This document shows positions 11,010 to 24,219 of a stretch of DNA of 64,000 nucleotides, in pieces. The notes below the pieces were generated by a model. That model was not told the DNA's origin, searched no databases, and was given only the letters and a program-made list of their open reading frames with translations. Source of the DNA: Camelus ferus (taxonomy: Eukaryota). The first letter of the stretch is position 1. Every line of letters starts with the position of its first letter. The stretch covers positions 17,052,001 through 17,116,000 of the forward strand of contig NC_045696.1 in the NCBI RefSeq assembly GCF_009834535.1, written 5' to 3'. A program made the position numbers and the translations under genes.

Positions 11010-14000
11010 TAAAATAGCACCTCAGTCTTTCTGGATGACAATAAAATTATGACAAGTTAAGGAACTTGTTTTTCTCCAAAATTTAGTGAATCAAGTATTT
11101 TTCCTTTCTACCTTCTACCATGCGAAATGTGGAGGGAGATGAGTTTATGCAGACAGAAATGTGGGAACAATAGCTGTATGCTTAGGTAGCAGAGCAGGAA
11201 GATGGGAAGAACCCTGGACTACTGATGACATTAGGAACGATTCGCACCAGCCTTGTAATGTTCGCATCTTCTCCCGGGAAAAAGTAAAATCATTCCCAAT
11301 TTGGTTAAGCTGACTGTATTCAGAGTCATGATCAAATATAATCCTAACTTATTAAGGGCACATGATGATGGCATTATGTGCGTGCGCGTGCACGCGCATG
11401 TGTGTCTTTTAATATTTATAATGCAAAAAATGTTTTCCTGGAGGATACCTGGTGAAGATGGCAATGGAAATTTATACTGTAAAATCTACCCACACTCTAA
11501 CCTCTAATTTCCCAATTAAATATCTTCTGAATATATATGTATGTATTCACAAATATGATATAAATACTTGTGGACTATATAACACTGGGAAGGAGTAGAA
11601 GATATACGTCTCCTGGACTCTGGGTCAGGCATCAAGCAGAGATGGCAAAAAATTTGACTTCCACAGGGTGACTGGACCAAAAGACTTTCAAGTATGATAG
11701 AGCCCAGAGCCTGGCTTATCTCTTGAAACTGAGCAGTGTCGTAAGACTCATGCTACTATGATAAGACTTAGTGGAAGCTGCACCAACTGCATGTATATAC
11801 ATGGTGTTGCATATACATAGTGTTAAGGGGAGTGATGCATGGCTTGATTAAAATTAATTTCCCTAAGAATAACACTGGCCTCACTCTATCATTTTATTAT
11901 TACGTTATTGTGTATGTGGTGTTGGGGGTAAGATGGAGAATGCAGAGACGGCAAGGCGCTGATCTGACAGGTTTCATTGAAGAGCAAAGAATTCTTCGAG
12001 TAATTATCTTTGGCTAGGTATCTGCCTTCAGTATCTTGGAGGCGGGGTGCTCTACAGAGAAACTAAGTGACCTTGCTCCAGTTCTGCCCTTTTCTGTTTT
12101 TCTTAAAAATTAGTTGGAATGTCCTGAGCAACTAATGTCTTGCCTGTGTCCAACCTCCTTTGTAAGTGGATGAGGAATTGTGCCTAATTCTGGGAGTCAG
12201 TTAATCAATACACTTGGCCAAAAGCCTGAACCCCACCTTGCAACCAAGGCTTTCTCAGTAATAAAACTGTTAGCTTGACCTCAAAAATTCTCTGTATTAT
12301 TTTTCAAAATTTTCAGAACCTGCTAGGAAGAGAGGAGTACTATATACCAAAGACCTCCATCGTTTAGACCATAACTAGGTTGGCAAATAAACTCAGAAAC
12401 CCATAATATGCACTTGCTGCTTTTGTGGTAGAAAACTGATGGCAAACTTTTAGCACCTTTTCTGAATTTTATCCACTCTGTTCCTTTCATTCTATATTTG
12501 TGAAACTCCTACTGCTTGAAAAATTTTTACTTCTTAATATATCCACCTGATCTCTCACTATCTTGTTGAATTTTTAAGCACTCTGTTTTTCTATGTTGTA
12601 TTCTAAGTGGATTTAAGTGTTTTCCACCTGTTATTATTGTTATGTTTCCTTCTCTCATTTTATACATTCTCCTTAGACAACCCCATCTAAAAGTGTAAAT
12701 GCCATCATGAAAATAAAACCATCAATTAAAATCAAATATGCCTGCTTAGTTTATATTTTGAGTACCTGTTGGCTATCTTCCATTTGATAATTCATAGCTA
12801 CATAAAACACTTTGTATCTTTATATATATTATATGTATATTATATTATAATTAGTTGTCAATATCATAAACCTGAGAATTATCTTTAATATTATCTCTAA
12901 TATTTCCTTCTCATTTGTCCATATATTGAAAAAAAAGTTGAAACTTTTTTTGGTGAGGGAGGGGAAACTGCAATTTTGGCATCTTAATTTTATCTCCAAT
13001 TCTCCTCCTTTCCATGTCCATATTGTTGCTAAGTATTTAACTAGAATTGTTTCTCCCCTGACCACTGCTGCATCCTCCTCTGAGGTCATCCTGACTGCAG
13101 GTGACCATCTTTAATCATCTTCTACAGCTCAGCTGTTTCTTCTAAATGTCCTAACATTACTTGTAATACTTCTAATATATTGCTGTACAGTGAGAGCATC
13201 TGAGGCAGAAATTATTTAAATATATTTAATAATATAGCAGGAAGACAAAGTTTCTCAAGATATGAGATCTTCCAACATAGATTTTAAAGGCTGAGCAATA
13301 CAAGACTGTGATGTAAGAGTCACTCCTAACTGTACTAACCATGGAATGATGAGAGAGGAAAAAAAGGAGGAATGACTGCTCATGTGCACTATAAGCCTGT
13401 AAAAACTGATTTATTACCATAATTATCCCCTGAGAGGAATGGAGGGAAGAATACTACTTGTTTCTAAGTATTTTATCTTGCTCAAATTATTAATCATAAT
13501 AATTTGTTGTATATTCACTGAAATTTTCCAGTGTATATGAATTTCAACTCTACTTAAACTGTGTTTGTGTAGGCAATACAAATGAGTCCAATGTCATAAA
13601 ATGTCTGAAGATTGTATTGCAATTGTGTAAGATCTGCACATTTCAGGAAATTTGAGTCATTTAAAAATTTTTAAATTAATATTGACTTTATTATTATTAT
13701 AGTGACCCAATCTTGCAAATTTCTTAGCCAATTCTTTCTTCCGTGTTATATGTGATAACTCTCCTTTTCACAGCTTATTTATTATTCTTTTTTGCTTTAA
13801 TATTATAACATTTCAGGATTAGTACAACAACAAAAAATGACAACTCCAAACAATGATGCAATTTTACCATCTATTCTGATGTTTTTACCTATGTTTAAAG
13901 ATCCCTGTGAATAGAATGTGTTCTTTTGCTTGAGGTGAATTTTTCCTACACTTCCTTCTTGCTTGCTATTCCAAAAGAGCTTAATTGGTACTCTCTTGCA

Positions 14001-17000
14001 AAGAAACCCACTGGGAAATGTGCTCAGACTTGAAGATATTTCTTTAAAAGCATTTGAGGAAATTGGTTATTATACTAAATCTAGATTATTCAAAAGGTGT
14101 GGATAAGATGATATAAAATAGACAAATTTAGCTTACTGATAAAGGATATGTTTATAGAGAGAACACCTTTATTCAACTGTGTTTTGAACTTCCTTTCTGC
14201 CAAATGATTACTTATTTCCTTTGTATTTTTCACCTAGCACACACAAGACACTTGAACAATAATAAAAGAGGTCCAGATAAGCAAGTGGCAAAATAAAGCA
14301 AATCATCCTTATTCTGTACTTCACTTGACTCTGCAGTTTTATTCAGATTTATTTCATAGTGATTTATTACAGGAATTGATGAGATGCTCTTCAGTGCGAC
14401 TTGCAGTCGTGACTATAAACAGCAATTGAAGTGATATAACTATATTATTAATCACAATGGCAGTGGCAACTTACACCTTATGATGGAAAGGAAACTTAAT
14501 GCAAGGAATACTGGGCACAAAATAAAGACAGGAAGACATGAGTAAAAACAATAAGAAGCCAAGGTGATCAGACATGAGATTACAGAATTAATTCAGCTGG
14601 TTTACCATAGATCGTCTAGATGTCTTAGGAGCAGAAGAAATTGGGTCTCTGGATCCTAACCCTTGCTGCTTTCCTAAGAAAATGAACTTTAGTGGAAGCA
14701 AGTTCGTTTATTCATATTAGCCTAGTCGTTCTTACCCAGGGCTTAGGAAAAAATTGAAATCAAGCATAATTGGTTATATGCTTTCTGTTCATGATAATAT
14801 CTATTTCAGCAATTGCTTAAATTTTAAAATAAGAACATATAATGCCCTGTTTTAAAATGTCACGTGGTATAAAACAATGTAAAAATAAAGTCATCAAAAC
14901 TCTGTACAGTTCATGTCATTTACGCTGCCATGCTTTGGCAATTTTAAAATTATGTGAAATATTTTAATTAAAAATACCATAGCATCATTATTGTTATCAG
15001 AAAATAACATGGTATTTATTGTGTCAAAGTAATTATACCTCTGAACAATGATGTAAGTTATACACCTCAGGATGCTGAGTATCATCTTTCTTTGTCTCTT
15101 TAGATAATTATCTCTACTATTGTGCATATGAAGAGAGATTTGTTCTATTTTCTCTTTTCTCTATTAACATGACAGATTATACAAGTGTGAAATGTCATAT
15201 GTAAATGTAATTGGTGGTGCATCCTTTAGTAATGATGTATTATTCTATGAGGCTAATCCACATTTTTTAAAAAAATATATTTTAAGTGTCATCTCTTTTT
15301 TCATATTTGCTTTTGAATCATTTAAAAACTTCTATTTCTGTGTTTGAACACCAAGGTAGAATGGACATGAGAAACTGCTGAATTACTTAGGTTTGGCCAG
15401 GTTAATGGGAGAAGTGAAAGTTAGCTGAATGTTGATATTTGGAAATGCTTGTAAAAGGAAAAAAAATCCAATTTAGTAGTTTGTAATTGGATCAGAATGT
15501 TTCTATGGTTTTTTGAGTTGGGTCAGAATATTTCTATAATTTGTTGGGTTGATCTTGAGGACTGTGATCACTAAATATGAAATAATTTCAAATATGTAGA
15601 ATTTCCATCATTTGTACTTAAGCAGATAAATCATCTGTACATTTGCAAAAGAAAAAAATATTTTGTTGAATAATAAACTGCATATATCAGTGATAATCTG
15701 CCACATTTGAACAATCTGATAAACTTTTAATTATTTTTGTTATATTAATTTATTTTTTTCAACCCAAAAATACATAGAACACTGGATAATGGATAATAAA
15801 TACACATTTCGATTTAAGAAGGGATCTCTGTCTTCAAACAATGCATTAGTTTTAATTAACTCTTTGATTGTGTGGGACGATTAATTAGGGTCATTTGGAG
15901 GATTCAGAGTCATTATCTGAATTTGCATCATTATCTGAACAGCAGATTAAGAGAATGTACTTTAAATCTCCAAGAATATTCTCTGTGGATGTATACTCTT
16001 TGGAGAAAGGGAAGAAATGACGTTATAATAAAACTTTCCCTGATTCAATGCCATAAATAAATAAGGACTGCTTGTCAGAGTATTTCTACATAATGTGTAG
16101 AGGTCAGTAATTCTTTCTGATCCCCTCCTGCAAATAAGGAGACTAATTCAGAGGCCAAAAATTTGTGAATATTCATATGTCTCTATATTGTATAGGAAAA
16201 GATATTTAAATACTTTCAAATCAAACATGGAGTGACTGCAACTACAATACTTAGAATAGCATCCATCCTAGGCTATAAGAAAAAATAAATGCTGGAGTTT
16301 GAGTCAAAGTGACCAAATCACTTCTCTGAGAGGTTAAAAACTGAAAAAAATAAGTAAAATGTGTTAAAAAAAATCTGTTAATGTACATAGGAAAATAGGC
16401 AACTTCTTAGCAAATGTGACTTAGTTATCTGGAGTTAGCAGGCCTGTATTTTGAAAGTTAGCATAAAAGATTAATATTTTTGTTACTCAGAGTCATGCAT
16501 TACTGTGATATAGTGGATCTCTGTTTTCTTTTCTTTTCTATTTTTTTAGTTAATTATTTTATTGAAGGAGGCGAGTTGCTCAAATGCTGATGGGTTGTAG
16601 GCAAATGAATTTTTAATATTCCAAAATTTTGTAAATTAAACAGTTTAAAGTTGTGACCCAACCCAGACCTGAGAAAATTATGCCTTCTTATACTTTCATT
16701 GGTTACTCTCCTCTCCCTTCACAGTATAAACATCTAGCAAAGTCATAAATTTACCCATTTGACTAACAGTTCAATGTTTTTTGCACCCGAGGGAGATTAA
16801 GTTTCATGAAAGAATCCAGATGTCTCCTTCACTTACTATTTAATGTTTGACAGTTAGCTTATATCCTATTAAAGGGTAGACGCTTAAGATATATTAGTGA
16901 AATAGATTAATACAGGAATGAAAATGTGCCCTAATGATTAAACAGTGTGAACAGACAAAGAAAATGTGGAAATTTGCCCAGTAGTTGCTTTGTAGACTGA

Positions 17001-17394
17001 CATAGTCACCTTCTGTTTTCTTTCAACTAAGCTTGTCTCTTCTAATTCACTCTTACTCAGAACATTAGGGTTTACTTTCTAGAGTGATGATCTAAAACCA
17101 GTTTGTTGCAATCCCGTATTGAAGACCAAGTTATAAGGTTGTAAGTGAGGAGTAAATTTCCATAGTCACTCTGGGCATTTTCTTTACATATATCAAAAAA
17201 AAAAAAAAAAAGGCTGCCATTTTATTATTAAATTTTTAAATCTGTGTGACTAAAAGGTCAATGTCTTTTGCATCCAGAGGAATTTAAAGTTAATAAAAGC
17301 ATGGAGGACTTTATCAGTTTCTAGTACCATTTTATTGCCAGCAGTTAGCTCAATTTCTGTTAAGGGGTGGACTTTCTGGGGCTCTTCATCGCCC

Positions 17395-17790
17395 ACAGGC
17401 TAAAGTCCTCACCCTGACAGATTCTGACAGGACTATTTATGACACGATCCCTACGCCCCTCTCCTGCTAGTCTACTGCCCCCTCCTCACTATGGGCTCCA
17501 GATCATGCTGCTCACACACGATTGCCTTCTCCTAGACCGCCTCACAGCCCCAACTCTTTCTGACCTACATCTAAACTAATTCTAATGCTAACCTGAATAT
17601 TGTTTTCACAAGAATATTCTGATATGCGAAATCAGGGTTAATTTTCCTTTCTATTCACTCTCAGCCCATCTCCTCCATCACAGCAAAGTTCCTATGTACA
17701 TAGAATGACTGACCTTTATTGAATGTTTTCTAAGTGCCAGGGACTAGTTTAAATCTTTTAACTACGTTACTATGTTAACTCTTTTAATTC
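17395..17790. mobile_element. Decayed L2 fragment (+) followed by a MIR/L2 tail fragment (-)
   Basis: 'ccccctcctcactatgggctccag' (L2-like) and 'tttattgaatgttttctaagtgccagggactagtttaaa' (antisense MIR/L2 tail). Confidence 0.45.
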
Positions 17791-18781
17791 ACTTGTATTA
17801 CACTAAACACTGAAAACTGCATGTTTCAACCCAAATTTGTGATTACCTATCAATTATAAAACAAGGTTTTTATTAAATATTCCCAATATAAATCAATAAT
17901 GTTGTCCACCATGCCACTTCACTCCCAGTGCACATCTGTTTTATGATATTGCCAATCCCAAATATTTAAATTTGCCCTTGATTTCCAGATATTTCTTAGT
18001 AGACAAGGAAGAAACAAATCTGCAATCCTTTGTGAAACATTTGAAGTTGGACTTACTGATTATAGCATATAGAGATAATCTGTTTCAAGATTTGATAAGT
18101 GTAGACATCTACAATTTGTTTTGGTTTAATCAAGCAGCAGCAGTATTTCTTTGAAGATAAAGTACATGATCTATTATAAGCTTAAGCACTTAGAAATTTA
18201 TTTTTGTGAAAAAATGGAAATAGAAAATATATTTTTATTATGACAGTTTTAATATTTTCCTAAACTTACATTCAGCTACAGCAGAAGATGATTCATTGCT
18301 AGTATGTTGAATATAATTGTGCTTATATATTTTCTTGCCAGAATCCAAATCATTCATAATAACCACTTTGAATTTATGGGACATTAATCTGAAAATCAGT
18401 TGTTTACAGAGTCCTGCAAAAGGAGAAAAGATGAAAGAGAGATGCAAAGAGAAGTTTGCTTGGAGATACTCAATTACAGACATAACATCTCATTTATTTC
18501 CATTCACGTCTTAGCATATCATTTTGTTGGATTCAAACATTTTTTATACACTCATACTTTTATCTACCACCCCAGGGGGCATTTGGCCTTTATGCTCTGA
18601 GTTTGATTTGAAAATGTTTTAAGAAAGAAATGCCATTAGCACTTTGTTATATACTGTATTATCATAATATAACTTAGTAAATATAACCTATTTAGCTTAA
18701 AAATGAGCTACTATTTAGCTTCCTCAATGATGCTCTTATACATACTCAAAACAAACATTCAAAACTATATCTATATGTTGA

Positions 18782-19195
18782 TAGAGGCTGCCAATGGTTC
18801 CACTAACATCTATTCTTCTCTATTTTTAGTAAAGGTACTTTTAATAGGGTACAGAAATGCCCACTACAGATTAAAATGTCTAGCCTTCTTGCATTAGAGC
18901 GTAAGAAATGTGTGCAGCTTCTGGGAAATGCCTTTAGAATGAAAGGGTGTATCTTCCCTTCTCTTTCCCCATCTACAGACGGAGACACAGGTTTTGTGTT
19001 GACTTAACCTCCACCAAGTAAACCCATAACCCATTTTACAGGTGATCTGCCTCCTCACACCATCAAGTTTCCATACCTGCCTCTGCCCACCGACATAACC
19101 GTCATGTAAGAATGAAACAAATTCTAAACACTGTTCAAGTTCCTATGTTTTGTAGTCTCTTATGCAAATAGCCTAGCTCATATCCCAACCAATAA
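18782..19195 (+). mobile_element. MLT1J/I-like MaLR LTR
   Basis: 'gattaaaatgtctagccttcttgcattag', 'ctgttcaagttcctatgttttgtagtctc', and a 3' end 'cccaaccaataaa' resembling '...cctaactaataca'. Confidence 0.6.
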
Positions 19196-20629
19196 AGAAT
19201 TTAGGAGAAAGATGTAGAAAAATTCTGAACAAAAAAATAAAAACAATATGGGCTATCCTAGTAGAACAGGCAGAAAGCTGAGCAAGGAAGGACATAGCCA
19301 TTGCAGCCGGAGTTGGTGACCTCCGATAAGTCATGGTAATCATGTCACCATCCTTTGTAGGACAGGCCATATACCAACAGAGCTTCATCTTTCAGCAAAA
19401 ATGGTTGGAAACATACGAAGTTTTTTTTTTTTTTTTTCTATCTTATTACTTTTAGTAAAGTGCAGATTGTTCTTTAAAAGATAGCTCTACCTTAAAAAGG
19501 TAGCTCACACAAGAGATAACACTGTCCCTAAACTTTTTCCATCTCTTCTGCTAGACTTTGGAAGTCAGTCCAGTTGCAAGTACCAAACCAAAGACATGCT
19601 TTTTTCTTTACCACTCTAGCGCCTTGTTCCCGGTGACCACAATGTAAGATCAGTGTGTACAGCTGAGTGATGCAGTGTAAAAGGCTTCCAGTGAAGAGGG
19701 CAGGTTAGGGCCGAAATCTAGCTTCAGCTCCATTCAGCGCGCAGCGGGGTTGGCTACTCTGAGAAGAAGGGGCCCCTTGTACTCCTTACATAGACGCTGT
19801 CCACGTGCTGAGTCGATGCCTGTGGGAGTGCCTCAGCAGAGAAGGGACCCTCTGTCTATTCTACGCATCCAGAGCAGTATGGTCACATTTCTAACACTCG
19901 CTTTGAAGCCTGCTTTAAAGCAGTTGTCACTATCAACACAGACAGATGGTAGAATTCTGAGGCCAGTAAAAATTGTTAATAGAAAAAGAGTTTTAGCGAT
20001 TAAACTAGACATGCAACAAAATCAACCAACTATTTAAAGACACAACCTTTGTGGCAGTTACTTGCACATGGAACTTATCTGAACCAAGCAAACTGGAATT
20101 CTGCTGTGCATTCTGTGGGGGCCGACACAGCATGATTCCCTGGCCTGAAAGAGATCGAGGACGCGTGACTTCGCAGCTCTGGGCTCTAAGCGCATCCCAC
20201 AGGAGTCAGGAGAAAATGGGCAGACCTTGTGATACAATGTCCCTTTTCCATCATTGTCACAGATGTGGTCTCAGAGTAAAAGGAACAGAGAAGCTCCCAG
20301 AGAACAGAACCCAGAACCGCCCTATGATCTCATCAGTTGGATTTCCTTGAATATCAGGCACAGACTTCTCACAGTCCTGCCTAAGTACGTGTTGGCGATT
20401 GCTGTGACCTCGAGGCTGTCTTATATGCTTCCATTTTCCAAATGGGAGCATTATGGTAGGTATCACGGCCCTGTTCTATTTTATATTTCATGTGGGAGAG
20501 GACTGAGTTTAGCATTTGGGATAAAAACCTGCCGCAGATAATTATTTACCATAAAAACATTGTGGAATTTGACCTTGGTATAGTAAGTGAAGGGGTACTT
20601 GCAATCCCACCATTGGATGGAAGATGAGT

Positions 20630-21030
20630 GTATTTTATTTGTGCAAAGAAGCACCTACATGACCCTCCCAGCTAAACACTGCCTTCTCTGCTTTCAGTGG
20701 GTGTGTGACCTAACTTTCTGTTTTGAGCAATGAGTTATGAGCAGAAACGATGTGATCAAATTCTAGTTTGTTTTCTTTAAATGATAGGAATTACCCTCCC
20801 TTTTTCACTTTCCTTATTTTTTCCCACTGGCTGGAACTCTTTTTTTTTAACATTGTGAACAAAGGCCTGTGGTGATGGAAAATAAAAAGATGAAAGATAT
20901 CTGGTTCCCTAATACGATCAATGTATCTTTTAAGCTCTGGAAAGCCTGTCTGATGTGTTATCTGAAGGCTAAATATTTTTTCAGGTACTGTATCTTGAGG
21001 TCTTATCATTCATAGTATTAGATAAATCAG
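20630..21030 (+). mobile_element. MLT1J/I-like MaLR LTR
   Basis: 'cccagctaaacactgcc...gtgtgtgacctaact...gcaatgagttatgagcagaaacgatgtg...atctggttccct'. Confidence 0.6.
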
Positions 21031-21124
21031 TAAAAAACTATTTGGAAATTTTACTAAATTTGAAACCTTACATGGAGATGAAATAGGCATTTTGAATAAT
21101 TGTTTCCTGTTCATGTTTTCACTC

Positions 21125-21215
21125 TGCATCACCTACTGTAGCATAAGGTGATGGATACCTTGCGTGTGTCTGGCACACAGCACTCACTCAATAAATGTTG
21201 TTGAGTGAATTAATT
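21125..21215 (+). mobile_element. L2 3' tail
   Basis: 'gtgtctggcacacagcactcactcaataaatgttgttgagtgaattaat'. Confidence 0.65.
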
Positions 21216-22139
21216 TGAAAAAATTCTGTCATTTATTAATCACCATTTGTTCTTTCCAAAGACAAGAACTGTGCCTGGAGAAAGGTTTGTAATCTCCATC
21301 GAGTTACTAGAATTTTAATGCTATGCTAGTGCCTTTATCAAAACACAAACATGTGAGCCAAATTAGCCTCACGAAGCCAAAATGAAATTAACAGTTGACA
21401 GAGTGATTCCAAAAGAAATTACCCCCAACAGGCTCTTTTCTCCTTTCTAAGTGCAAAGCCCTGCTGTTGAGCAAATAGGCTTTTGAGGTGGAAAATGAAA
21501 TCTATGTGCTCTCCACCTCCTTTAGTTTTAACCATCATTTTGCTTAAAGTTAAGTTTGGGGCTCAGTTTTAGTAGCATTTTACTAACTACCTTCACCTTG
21601 TAGATTTCTTCGTACAGTGAATTTCCAAAGGAGGCATGAAGGCGTGCAGGAGCAAGTGGATGTTGTCCTAGCAGAGAGACGAGCTTTGTGATGACCAGCC
21701 ATCAAGGTAGGAGTAGGTTTCATACACCAAGCATCTGTTCTTTGACCCTTGTCATCTTACTCTGTTTTATAGTATATTATGTGATCTTATAGGACTCTGA
21801 ATTATATTGAAGCCATTCCTAAAATACTATAGAGTAGATAGACATGAAATAGTTGAAAATAGTGTTCTTGTTTACTTTTTGTATTTATATTTAATTTGAT
21901 TTGTTTAAACAATAACTGAAATATATCGTGAGTCCTACTTAAACGTCAAACATGAACTACACAATACATTGGCAAGGAAAAAGTTGACAGGATAAAACAT
22001 AAAATTGAAAATAAAGGATAGAAATGTATGAAAGGTGATAAATGCATAAATACAGATGTCCCCCTACGTGTGCTATCATTACGTTCTGGTTAGTTTTTAC
22101 TTGACTGTGCTCTATATGCACCATATTTACAGATCTCTT

Positions 22140-22255
22140 TTTTTTTTCATTCATTTTCCTCTGACTGCTTCACTGAAGATACTTTCTATTGAACTCTTTC
22201 AGTACACTGATCCTCTTCTCTGCCGAGTCCACTGTTTTACTTCCTATGAGTAACT
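22140..22255 (-). mobile_element. Old L1M ORF1 fragment
   Basis: 'tttctattgaactctttcagtacactgatcctcttctctgccgagtccactg' matches antisense L1 ORF1. Confidence 0.5.
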
Positions 22256-22699
22256 ATAGAAGGTGTGGGACGCCACTTCAATGTCACGCTAGAATGGCTG
22301 TTTCCGGGATAGGTGGCAGCTATACTTAGGTAACCTTTGCAAATGTCCTGGGAGTGTGACTTGAGGCGTCAGTGTTGCAGGCCCTCCTTACAGTGTGGCA
22401 TTACTTACTAAGTCCATAAGACTGATAGATTTCACATTGCCTTTCAAATCCAGCACCTTCCCGCCTCACCCTGGTCCCATAGGTAAAGACCTCTCAGGGC
22501 CTGGCACATCTTCATCACTTCTTCCTGGAAGTTCTACCTTTTGGAGATGTAGAGCTTAGCTCATTAGATTTTAACCATATGGAGTTTCGTTAGTGTCTAG
22601 CCCGGAAGACCTGTACTACATGTGTTGAAGATTGCTCTCTCTGATCTTTGTCTCTTGGGTATTGCATAACAGTGGGGCAGCACTGGTGCCATTTCTCAA

Positions 22700-23520
22700 T
22701 TGTACCCCGGAAACAGTAGATCTGAGTTCACATTTTCATGGTGAATGCAGTTTGCCACTCGCACCACACAGATCTACTTTCTAGACAGGGTAATAGAACA
22801 GTTCCCCTGTAGTTGCTAGGGACTTGGCTTCCTGATGTGAAATTTGGAAGAAGGAGGTTAATAGGATAAACCATAGATCCCATTTTTTGCAGATGGTCTT
22901 CAGGTTGCAACTGGTACTCATCCTCCTCAGTCTGATTCAGTCATTCTAAATCCCCCATAGCCCAGCGATCACTTCAGCTGTCACTTTGGTAGTTTTGGTG
23001 ACTTACTCATTAATGTGACCTTAGCCAACCCTGCAGAAGGGTCTGAGCCTTTGGCAGTTACTCTCTTTTCAGGATAGTGTTGTTATTTCCGTTCACAATT
23101 AGGAAGGGTCAATGAGGAACTAGGAAGCACCAGTGGTCACATGGGGTCCACACATCTTCCTTCTTGCCCACACTGCATAAAAGCAACTCAGCCACTGTCT
23201 GCTGATTAGAGTCAACTATCCTTGACTGCATGGAAATTCCTATTCGTGCTGCCCACAAGTCCAAAATGTCCCGGAAACAGTCAGGGTTTGTAGTTTTTGA
23301 GACTCTTCCCATGTTCTTTGATAAGAACGCGTCTCTCTTTGGTGACCAAAAGCTCCAATTCTGCATAGCCAAGAAATGCAGGAAGCACAAAGTTTCCAGC
23401 GATAAGTAGGATAACTGGGTGACTCCTGCGTTCACCCACTTGGATCTCAGACACATACGTATTCTTCCAATAAGAGACACACTACAAAGTCTTTGATTTA
23501 ATGTCTACACTGAACCCTAA
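22700..23520 (-). mobile_element. ERV-L-class internal fragment (decayed pol: integrase C-terminus and dUTPase-like region)
   Basis: ORF 23109-23480(-) contains SLIGRI and IVDSNQQTVAELLLCSVGKKEDVWTPCDH, resembling recalled ERV-L SPIARI and VIDPDYQGEIGLLLHNGGKEEYVWNTGDP. Downstream frames give GSDPSAGLAKVTLMSKSPK and AEVIA (cf. GPDPSGMKVWVTPPGKEPR, AEVLA). Frameshifted. Confidence 0.75.
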
Positions 23521-23904
23521 AGGGATCTTTTCTCTCTGAATTCAAACTCATATAGTCACCCTTGTTTCCACAGCTATCTGATATTTCTAAACTATATTTT
23601 TAGTATTTTAAATTTCTTTTCTGTAAATGTCACAATGACTTTTGGTTACCTTCTGCACTCTATTTGGAAACAGAAATCACTCCAGACGCAGGCATTCAGA
23701 GTCTGGAGAAAACAAACCAAATCATTAACGTGTAAATCTTTGGTTAGAGCTAAAATTGGAGGAGCTGATGCTTATATGACACTTTTTAAAAAACATGTTT
23801 GTATTGTTTGGAAGTTTTATATTTATCATGCACACATGTTCTTTCTTTTTTTTCAAATTTAAAGCAAATTCAAAGTTTATAGCAAGACCATTTTGCTGCA
23901 TTTA

Positions 23905-24123
23905 TTTTTCCTTCTTTCCTTCCTTCCTTCCTTCCTTCTTTCCTTCTTTTCCTTTCCTTTCCTTTCCTTTCCTTTCCTTTCCTTTCCTTTCCTTTCCTTT
24001 CCTTTCCTTTCCTTTCCTTCCCTTTCCTTCCCTTCCCTTCTTCCTTCCCTTCTTCCTTCCTTCCCTTCTTCCTTCCCTTCTTCCTTCCTTCCTTCCTTCC
24101 TTCCTTCCTTCCTTCCTTCCTTC

Positions 24124-24190
<67 letters not shown>

Positions 24191-24219
24191 TTTTCTTTCT
24201 TTCTCTCTTTCTTTCTTTT
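23905..24219. repeat. Compound polypyrimidine microsatellite (TTCC)n/(TTTCC)n/(TTTC)n
   Basis: 315 consecutive C/T bases read directly from the sequence. Confidence 0.98.
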
